From NCBI GenBank assembly GCA_934476455.1, contig CAKSNY010000001.1:23673-87672 (forward strand): a stretch of DNA of 64,000 nt, given 5' to 3'. The DNA comes from an uncultured Clostridia bacterium (GTDB taxonomy: Bacteria > Bacillota > Clostridia > UMGS1883). The first letter of the stretch is position 1; each line of letters starts with the position of its first letter. Positions 36,697-44,453 of this stretch are shown here, piece after piece. The translations under genes and the position numbers were made by a program. Under the pieces are notes generated by a model. The model saw nothing but the letters and a program-made list of their open reading frames with translations, did no database searches and was not told the DNA's origin.

Positions 36697-39366
36697 TTGA
36701 GAAAGATATATATTTGTTTTGCCGTAGTGGCGGTGTCGGTTTTACTGACGCTTTGCAATATTACGGGATATGCAAGCAGCACCGATACAACATATGACGA
36801 AAGCCTTTCTGCGCTTAACGCCATGGGGGTTTTAAACCTTCCGGATTCGGAAGGGGATAATCAAAATATTACACGTGCACAGTTTGCCGCAAATATTTTT
36901 AACATTGCGGGATATGAAAAGGTAAATCATCCGGCGGCGGATATACCGTTTTCGGATGTAAGTGTCGATTATGTGTATAAAGACGAGATATGCACACTTT
37001 ATGATTTGAAAATTATAAACGGTACGGAAAACGGATTCTTTTCACCCGAAGAACCTATAACATATGTACAGGCAGTTAAGCTTGCGGCAGACATACTTGG
37101 GTACAGAGAATATGTAAGCGTAAAATACGGAAAGTATCCAAACGGGTATATATCAGCCGCCTATGATTTAAAGCTGACAGACGGGATAAAATCTCCTGTA
37201 ACAGATATACCGTTAAACTTAAAGGATGCAGTTCGTTTTTTGTATAATACCGCGTGTTCTTTCGTTTCGGAGGGAGAGGAATATAAAACGAACGGAGGTA
37301 TAACATACGCAAAAGACAACAGAATGCTCATAACAAAGGGACATAATATTTATTACGGTGAAGGAGTTTTAAAAAGTAACGGGGTATGTGCGCTTACCGG
37401 TGTGACGCTGAAAAAGGGTCATACAGAAATAAACAATGAGGAATATATGATAGGAAAATGTGACGTTTTAAGCCTTCTCGGAAGCAAGGTAAAATATTTT
37501 TACAGAGAGGAAAAAGGCGGAAACGTTCTTTTGTGGGCGTCGGAGCATAAAAGCAACAAAACGCTGACAATAAACAGCCGTGACCTTATAACAGACGATA
37601 CCGATTACAGCGCGGAAAAAATAATATATTATGACAAAAACAAAAGAACAGCTGCCGAAATATCCCCGTTTGCAAGCATTGTTTATAACAATAAGCTGAG
37701 AAATATCACATGTGTTATAAAACCCGTTTCGGGTACTGTGAAACTTACGGATTCTGATGGGGACGGAAGATGGGAGACTGTGACCGTAAACGAATTTAAA
37801 AATATTTTTATTACAGGGATTTTGCCGAATGAAAAGGTAATTGCAGATAAATTCGGAAATACGGTTTGCCTTAATGATTATAAGAACGTAACGATAGTTA
37901 AAGAAGGCAGAAAGATAAACATAGAGGAAGTTCCGACGCGGGTTATTGCGTCATACACAGAGGATGAAGAAAAAGAAAGCATATATGTATATATATGCGA
38001 TGAAGGGGAGCTTGGCACTCTTGAAGCTGTAGGTGAGGAAAACGGAAAAAATATATACACATTCTCCGGAAAAGAAAAGAGAATTTCATACAGTTATTCG
38101 AAGATTATATCTGATGGAATTTATCCTGCGTGTGAACTGAAAATAGGGGAAAATTATAAATATTATACGGATATTTCGGGCGATATTGCCGAACTTGAAA
38201 ATCGCAACGACGGGAAAATCAGATACGCATATCTGATTGACGCGGCAAAAGATAATAAGGCAACGGCAAAAAGCTATGCTGCACTTGTAAAGCTTTTGCT
38301 TGACAATGGAGATATAATTATTGCAAAGGCAGAAAAAAACATAAAGATAAACAATGTTTCCGGTTTTACGGGTGAAGATCTACTGAATTGCCCATTTATT
38401 TCGGAAGGCGGGAAAATAAAACAGCAGGTTGTAAAAATTGCGTTTGGGCACGATGATAAGGTACTGGAGATACAGTTTGCGGAAGACAATACAAATTCTG
38501 AATATGGGTATAATTCAAATGTTTTTTCACTTGATTTCAGCTGTAATCAGATAGGTGAGCCAAGTTATTATTACGGTTCGAAGATCGACGCTTTTGCCGT
38601 TGACGGAAATGCAAAATATTTTGTTGCCGATGGCACAATCTGTTTTGTAAAATATTCTGATTCTCTGCAAGATGAGCCATATGCCGTAACAAGTGCATTA
38701 AATTTCGCGGACAAGGGTAGATATAATGTTGAGCTGTATGATTGCAACGAAAAAATGGAAATAGCTGCAATGAGTACGGTCAGAACACTTGGCGGCGTTG
38801 AAAACGCAATATTTGTTGTAGACAACGTGCGTTATGTTTTGGGTGAAAACGGAGAGAATTTAAAACAAGTAAGCGGCTACAAAAATGGAAATTATTTAAC
38901 GTATACAGAACTTTACGAAGATATAATTCCCGATGGACTGCAACGCGGAGATGCAATTAAGATAGGGATGTACAACGGAAAAATAAGCAGCTTTAAACAG
39001 ATTTGCAGCCTGAGACAGTATCCGGAAGCCTTTATAGAAGCGGACTCTGTCAGAGAGGATGGATTGCTTTTCGGACAATTATACTCTGTGGGAATTAACA
39101 ATATTGTTACCGTAGTTCCTGATTCCGAAAAGGCGGTATACGGAAAACTTGTATCGTCATCATTGGCTGAAATATGGGCAAATCCGGTGTATATTACGAT
39201 ATATAATTGTGCGGACGACACAATTTCAAAGGGAGAACTGAGAGATATTTTGCCCGCCGGCGGACCTGATAATAACGGCGATTTGCCCGCAGACGGCAGA
39301 AAAATAATGGCATTGCTTAATAAAACAAAAGGTTATGCGCGTGATATAGTTGTAGTGTATTATTAA
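36697..39366 (+). CDS. Large secreted SLH-domain protein (N-terminal SLH-like repeats + ~700-aa uncharacterised region); paralog of 44450..47077 and 11678..14824
   Basis: TTG start after GGGGGAGGG. A signal peptide is present. The N-terminal SLH-like repeats are LSALNAMGVLNLPDSEG and YKDEICTLYDLKIINGTENGFF. The conserved C-terminus ends RDIVVVYY. Confidence 0.6.
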   Translation: MRKIYICFAVVAVSVLLTLCNITGYASSTDTTYDESLSALNAMGVLNLPDSEGDNQNITRAQFAANIFNIAGYEKVNHPAADIPFSDVSVDYVYKDEICTLYDLKIINGTENGFFSPEEPITYVQAVKLAADILGYREYVSVKYGKYPNGYISAAYDLKLTDGIKSPVTDIPLNLKDAVRFLYNTACSFVSEGEEYKTNGGITYAKDNRMLITKGHNIYYGEGVLKSNGVCALTGVTLKKGHTEINNEEYMIGKCDVLSLLGSKVKYFYREEKGGNVLLWASEHKSNKTLTINSRDLITDDTDYSAEKIIYYDKNKRTAAEISPFASIVYNNKLRNITCVIKPVSGTVKLTDSDGDGRWETVTVNEFKNIFITGILPNEKVIADKFGNTVCLNDYKNVTIVKEGRKINIEEVPTRVIASYTEDEEKESIYVYICDEGELGTLEAVGEENGKNIYTFSGKEKRISYSYSKIISDGIYPACELKIGENYKYYTDISGDIAELENRNDGKIRYAYLIDAAKDNKATAKSYAALVKLLLDNGDIIIAKAEKNIKINNVSGFTGEDLLNCPFISEGGKIKQQVVKIAFGHDDKVLEIQFAEDNTNSEYGYNSNVFSLDFSCNQIGEPSYYYGSKIDAFAVDGNAKYFVADGTICFVKYSDSLQDEPYAVTSALNFADKGRYNVELYDCNEKMEIAAMSTVRTLGGVENAIFVVDNVRYVLGENGENLKQVSGYKNGNYLTYTELYEDIIPDGLQRGDAIKIGMYNGKISSFKQICSLRQYPEAFIEADSVREDGLLFGQLYSVGINNIVTVVPDSEKAVYGKLVSSSLAEIWANPVYITIYNCADDTISKGELRDILPAGGPDNNGDLPADGRKIMALLNKTKGYARDIVVVYY
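36742..37703 (+). repeat. Copy A of a ~962-bp near-identical direct repeat (copy B at 44507..45468)
   Basis: Nucleotide comparison gives a constant offset of 7765 bp across the repeat, with only two substitutions seen on spot checks. It encodes the identical N-terminal ~320 aa of the paralogs, and the six-frame track shows identical antisense ORFs at 37076..37312 and 44841..45077. Confidence 0.85.
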
Positions 39367-39383
39367 GAAAGCAGGTAACAAAT

Positions 39384-42077
39384 ATGAGAAAAGCACAACG
39401 ATTTTTATGTATATTTTTTATAATCGGTATGTTTACAGTGCTATTTAACGGCAATACTGCTCAATCGGTATATGATGCGGAATGGAAGAGCATTTATGTA
39501 CAGGATTTTTCGTCAGAGGTAAACCTCGATAAAACGGAGAATACATCGTTTTTTTCGGTAAAAACAGACGGCAGTTTAAATGTAAGCTCGCACAGCATCT
39601 GTCAATTTGCCGTTAACAGTGAAAACCTGTCATCCGGTGAGAATTGTATAGGTATAAGTGTTGCATACCCTAATGCACGTATAACAAGGCTGCCGCAGCC
39701 GCTTGAATTTGAAGGTATTATGTATGAATATACCGGAAGCGGAAACAATACACACTTCATTGAGGAAATAGATGGTAAAAAGGCACTTAAGCTGTTTACA
39801 TACATCAATGCCGGCAAATACGGAACATCAGATGACAAAAGTGTGGTTCTTAGAACAAATTCTCCGAGACTTAGTGTTGAAGACGGTCATTTTACAAGTG
39901 AAGATAATTCTGTAACGGTCGAGATTGAATGTTACAGTACAGCTCAAAACGATGAAGACAACTGTTTACGTATTTACTATCCTAATACGCAAGGAGTTAC
40001 AAAAGCGTATACAATAACGCAGCAGAAAATGCGCGAAAAAGGAGACGGATGGGTTAAATTCGTAATAAACTTAACAGATGTAGATCTGACAAAAAAGCTT
40101 GGAGAGGGAAACACGTTTAAGATTTTAGAGGACAATTATTCGAGCAATGTAAATTATATTCACAGTTTTAAAGTTTATAAAACACCCGATACATCTGCGG
40201 ATGACGTTTCATTTACGGAGAATGACAAGTCGGTATCATTAAGCTTCGGTGACCGGGCGGTAGTTGGAAATGTGCGGGCTAAGTTTGACGTTCTTATTCC
40301 GAGCGGGGACACTGTGTCAAACACAATACCGTTTAACACGGGAAGTAATGCAATAAGAGCCGGTCTTCTGGATAAAAATAAAAATGCAGCACTTCTTTTT
40401 GAGATCAATCTTAACGACAATCGCACAGAAGCTGACAGCGGACGAATATATGTACTTTACGGCGACGGTGACGGTGCAGAAAATAAAAGACTGATTTATA
40501 CCGGAAACTTATACGGCAGGACGCTATCCTTTTCGGCAGAAACAAATCGAGAAGAAAAAACATTTTCAGCGAAAATTTTTGACAGCGGTGAAGAGCTTTT
40601 CTCGGGAGAAGATTTTACAGGTGGACTGCTTAATTCAAATTCGTATGAGGATATACAGTACTTCACCGTTATACAAAGCGGGTTGTCACACGCGGTTATG
40701 TGTGCAGCAGATAATATTTCAATAGAAGCACAGCAAATAATGGATTATAGTTATTGTGCTGAGGACTGTGCTGCCATTGAGAAGCTTATGCCTAAAAGTG
40801 GAGCGGATGTAACAGAAAATATTCAGCTTCCTACTATTGGTGAGATTCACCAAAGCAGTATAACATGGGAAAGCAGCAACACAAATGCGGCAGAAATAGT
40901 GAACGGCAGTCTATTGCTGCTAAAGCGAAATGAAAAAAATGAAAATGTAACAATTAAGGCAACTGTTGTCTGCGGGTGCGCTGTTTTAACAAGGGAGTTT
41001 GATTATTGCATTTTAGGTGTTGGAAAAATATATTCCGATATTACAGCGGATATTAAAAAATCTGTTTCAGAGTCTTTGGCGGAGAACGGCACTATTACCG
41101 CAAGTCTGAAATTTAACAACTATAAAATAACCGGACGAATTACGTTTGCGGCAGTCGTGTCCAATAAAATCACGGGAGAAAAAGTCGGAACATATACCGA
41201 TGTAAAAAATATTTCAACGACTTATCAGGATAACAGTTTTTGTATAGAAAATATAGTAAAGGGAGAAAATGACGATATAGAATATTATTTATGGGATGAA
41301 AACAATGTGTCTCTGAGAAATAATGCTCCTACGGATATAGAAAATATTTTGTGCACAGCGAAAGCAAAGGCTGTTCATTTGTCCTGGGAGCAAAGCTATG
41401 ATGATAATGAAGCAACTGTATATGAAATATATCGTAACGGAGTATTTATTAAAGAAACGGAAGAGTGTTCATATATAGATAAAAGCGTAAAGCAAGATAC
41501 AAATTATAATTATGAGGTAAAGGTAAGAGATACCAATAGGAATTCTGCAAACGGCGCTGTTCTATCAGCAAAAACGAAAAAAATGCTTTCGTGGAATGAA
41601 GGGACACAAGACGGTGTTGAAACCGTAGCTGTAACAGACCCTGAACGTGCGGCGTACAGCATAAAGACAACAGTTTCAGACAGTAACGAAAACACCTCAA
41701 CTTGTATGTGCGCGCCGCCCTCCAAACGATCCGGCGGCGGGGCGTATGCCATATTCTTCAAAGCTCCGAAAATAGGTAATGCAAATGATATTGCCGTTGA
41801 AGTAACATATTTAGACACTGATGGGTATCTTAATATGTCATATACCGAAATACGCCCTGATGGTGCATTGGAAAGTACATCGTACAATAAAAATGTGCGC
41901 CTTGTAAATTCTATGACAAATACGCGTACGTGGAAAACAATTACATATGTTTTGCATGGCGCACAATTCAGGCAATCAACGAATATGTCTTTGGCGGATA
42001 TTGGATTCAGTGCGGGTGCAGACAAGTATCTTTATATTAAAAAAATTGCTGTTATTGCGGAAGAAGATTATGAATGA
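39384..42077 (+). CDS. Secreted hypothetical protein with FN3-like domain and N-/C-terminal 'YYDYG'-type modules
   Basis: A signal peptide is present. FN3-like segment AVHLSWEQSYDDNEATVYEIYRNGVFIKETEECSYIDK. The C-terminal module (IAVEVTYLDTDGYLNMSYTE ... YLYIKKIAV) resembles the terminal modules of the 28805..31450 protein. Confidence 0.5.
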   Translation: MRKAQRFLCIFFIIGMFTVLFNGNTAQSVYDAEWKSIYVQDFSSEVNLDKTENTSFFSVKTDGSLNVSSHSICQFAVNSENLSSGENCIGISVAYPNARITRLPQPLEFEGIMYEYTGSGNNTHFIEEIDGKKALKLFTYINAGKYGTSDDKSVVLRTNSPRLSVEDGHFTSEDNSVTVEIECYSTAQNDEDNCLRIYYPNTQGVTKAYTITQQKMREKGDGWVKFVINLTDVDLTKKLGEGNTFKILEDNYSSNVNYIHSFKVYKTPDTSADDVSFTENDKSVSLSFGDRAVVGNVRAKFDVLIPSGDTVSNTIPFNTGSNAIRAGLLDKNKNAALLFEINLNDNRTEADSGRIYVLYGDGDGAENKRLIYTGNLYGRTLSFSAETNREEKTFSAKIFDSGEELFSGEDFTGGLLNSNSYEDIQYFTVIQSGLSHAVMCAADNISIEAQQIMDYSYCAEDCAAIEKLMPKSGADVTENIQLPTIGEIHQSSITWESSNTNAAEIVNGSLLLLKRNEKNENVTIKATVVCGCAVLTREFDYCILGVGKIYSDITADIKKSVSESLAENGTITASLKFNNYKITGRITFAAVVSNKITGEKVGTYTDVKNISTTYQDNSFCIENIVKGENDDIEYYLWDENNVSLRNNAPTDIENILCTAKAKAVHLSWEQSYDDNEATVYEIYRNGVFIKETEECSYIDKSVKQDTNYNYEVKVRDTNRNSANGAVLSAKTKKMLSWNEGTQDGVETVAVTDPERAAYSIKTTVSDSNENTSTCMCAPPSKRSGGGAYAIFFKAPKIGNANDIAVEVTYLDTDGYLNMSYTEIRPDGALESTSYNKNVRLVNSMTNTRTWKTITYVLHGAQFRQSTNMSLADIGFSAGADKYLYIKKIAVIAEEDYE

Positions 42078-42119
42078 ATGGACGATAATTATAATTTAAC
42101 CATGTTGATAAAGTGAGGA

Positions 42120-44453
42120 TTGCACCTAATGAAGAGAACGAAAATTAAAGAATTTTTTTCAAGCGACTTTTTCGGAACGATAATGGTTACGTTTTTTTCA
42201 ATATTTGCTATTCCAATGTTATCCGGTATAATTGCGCTTCATTTTGACGAAAACGCAATAAAGAAAGAGCTTGCGGAATCTGATAAAATAATGGTTACAA
42301 CCGTGCAGCAGCATATTGAAAGGCAGCTTGCAACAATTACATCAGCGGCGACCTCTGTTTCACACGATGCAAAAATAAGAGAAATTTCCGAAACGACAGG
42401 AAATGACCCGTACGAAACGGAAGTTTTAAGCAAAACCAATCAGCTGGCAAAATCATTATCCAAATATTTGGAGGTAGAAAAAAGCATAGACAATGTATAT
42501 GTTGTTTTTGGAAAAAAGGGAATTGTCGTTTCGCCTACAATGGTTGAAACAAACGAAAGCTTTTTTGAAAAATACTATAGAGAATCCGATTTTTTATTAA
42601 GTAAGTGGAATAGCATTTTAAACAGAAAATCTTACGGACAGTATTCAATAGTTTATGAAAATGAAAAAAAATATATTGATTTTTATTTTAGCAACTCCCT
42701 GATTTCAAAAAGAAATAATTCGGGTGAAACAATAGTTGTCAGAATTTCGGAAGCAGAATTCGGTAATTATGTATCCAAATTTCATTCCTTTACGGATAAG
42801 CAAATTTGTGTAATTGATAAAAACAACGATGTTGTACTGAATTATGGTGACCGCATATTAAAAAATTACAATTATGATAGCTACAACTCGATTATGAAAG
42901 CAGAAAAAACGGATGATTTTACGTATACAATGGCAAAATCGGGAAGCAACAACTGGAAGTATGTGTTGTCGACAAGCGATAAATATATTCAAAAAAAGGT
43001 ATATTACAATAGAATGTTGGTAATTGTAAATGTTCTGATTTATTTAATTGCTGCCATTATAGTTGTAAGTATATATATGGTAAAAAACTATATTCCGTTA
43101 AGAAGGATAATCAGTAAAGCAGACGGATGCAGTGCAAACAGTTATGATGCTCTTGAAAAAGTTGTATCGGAATATAATTGGTACAAGACATATGCACTGC
43201 GGTATAAAAGGCAGTATAACAAGGTGCAGACAGAGCAGTTTTTCTACAATATTGTTTCGTTTAACAGAAATCCGAAGGAAATTAAAAAGATAGCAGAACA
43301 TCTCAAAATAAGTCTTGTGTCGGATATGTTTACAGTCATACTGATAGACATATGTGATTATGAAAAATTATTTGAAGATGACGAAATTGACGAGGCTGAG
43401 CGCGTGGCGAGTGCGGAGTTAATAGTCAGAAATATTTTTGGTGAGCTTCTTTCTTCCATAGGCGTAGCATATTTCCTTTTGAAAGATGACAAGCAAATTT
43501 GTATACTGAATTTAAAAAATGAGGAAAACTGGAAACAGCGCGTGGCGGAAATTTTGCATAACGGTAAGGATGTAATCCAAGAACATTTTGAAATACCAGT
43601 GACAGTTTGCATAAGCAGATTGTCAGAAGGCTTGGAAAACCTGCGTAATGCCTACGTTGAAACTGTTGAAACCAATATGAAGCATTGGCTTGCCGTTGAT
43701 AACGAGATTGTGTTCTGCGAGCCTGTATCTGCAATTCATAATAAAACATATTACGATTGTTCAGATGCTGAAAAAATTCTTTCCTTTATAAAAAAAGGAG
43801 AAAAGGCACGCGGTATTGAACAAATGAAAAATACAATCAGGCGCTGTGCGAGTGACTCTGACTACGGAGAAGGAAAGGCAAAGATGTTTTCCGTGAAATT
43901 GATTGACGGTATTTATGATTATATATCCGAAGAAATAGAACCCGACAATAGGTTTTATGCAATTGTAAATCGGGTTTTATTGTTTAAATCATATGATGGT
44001 TATATTGCAGCGTTAGAGGAAATCATCAGATATGCGTGCAATATTCAGAATTTGAACAGTGTAGGCAGTATCTCAAAAACCGAGAAAGTATCGGCTGAAA
44101 ATATGGTTGAAACTATAAAGTCGTATATTTCCGCAGAGTATACTGACAGTACACTGAGCTTAACACGTATTGGTGAATATATGGGTATTACACCGTATTA
44201 TGTTTCACATACCTTCAAAAAGGTAACAGGTGAAAATCTTTCAGATTATATAAGTCGCTTCCGTATTGAGAAGTCAAAGGATGTTATATGTAACAATGAT
44301 AGAATTTCATCTGCACGTCTTGCGGAAATGGTCGGTTTTGGCAGCGAACGTACTTTTATACGGATGTTCAATAAATTCGAGAATGTTTCGGTAGGGCAAT
44401 ATAAGGCAATGCTTAGGAAAGATGATTATATTGAGAAAGGAAAGCAACAATGA
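42120..44453 (+). CDS. Transmembrane sensor AraC-family regulator (TM1 - extracytoplasmic sensor domain - TM2 - cytoplasmic domain - AraC HTH)
   Basis: Two hydrophobic helices (FGTIMVTFFSIFAIPMLSGIIAL and MLVIVNVLIYLIAAIIVVSIYMV) flank a ~260-aa extracytoplasmic segment. The C-terminal AraC HTH is LTRIGEYMGITPYYVSHTFKK ... GFGSERTFIRMFNKFENVSVGQYK. Confidence 0.8.
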   Translation: MHLMKRTKIKEFFSSDFFGTIMVTFFSIFAIPMLSGIIALHFDENAIKKELAESDKIMVTTVQQHIERQLATITSAATSVSHDAKIREISETTGNDPYETEVLSKTNQLAKSLSKYLEVEKSIDNVYVVFGKKGIVVSPTMVETNESFFEKYYRESDFLLSKWNSILNRKSYGQYSIVYENEKKYIDFYFSNSLISKRNNSGETIVVRISEAEFGNYVSKFHSFTDKQICVIDKNNDVVLNYGDRILKNYNYDSYNSIMKAEKTDDFTYTMAKSGSNNWKYVLSTSDKYIQKKVYYNRMLVIVNVLIYLIAAIIVVSIYMVKNYIPLRRIISKADGCSANSYDALEKVVSEYNWYKTYALRYKRQYNKVQTEQFFYNIVSFNRNPKEIKKIAEHLKISLVSDMFTVILIDICDYEKLFEDDEIDEAERVASAELIVRNIFGELLSSIGVAYFLLKDDKQICILNLKNEENWKQRVAEILHNGKDVIQEHFEIPVTVCISRLSEGLENLRNAYVETVETNMKHWLAVDNEIVFCEPVSAIHNKTYYDCSDAEKILSFIKKGEKARGIEQMKNTIRRCASDSDYGEGKAKMFSVKLIDGIYDYISEEIEPDNRFYAIVNRVLLFKSYDGYIAALEEIIRYACNIQNLNSVGSISKTEKVSAENMVETIKSYISAEYTDSTLSLTRIGEYMGITPYYVSHTFKKVTGENLSDYISRFRIEKSKDVICNNDRISSARLAEMVGFGSERTFIRMFNKFENVSVGQYKAMLRKDDYIEKGKQQ

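Noticed and set aside
37076-37312. Identical 78-aa antisense ORFs at 37076..37312 and 44841..45077
   Set aside because: They are by-products of the 962-bp direct repeat, lie antisense inside large confident CDSs and are not independent genes.
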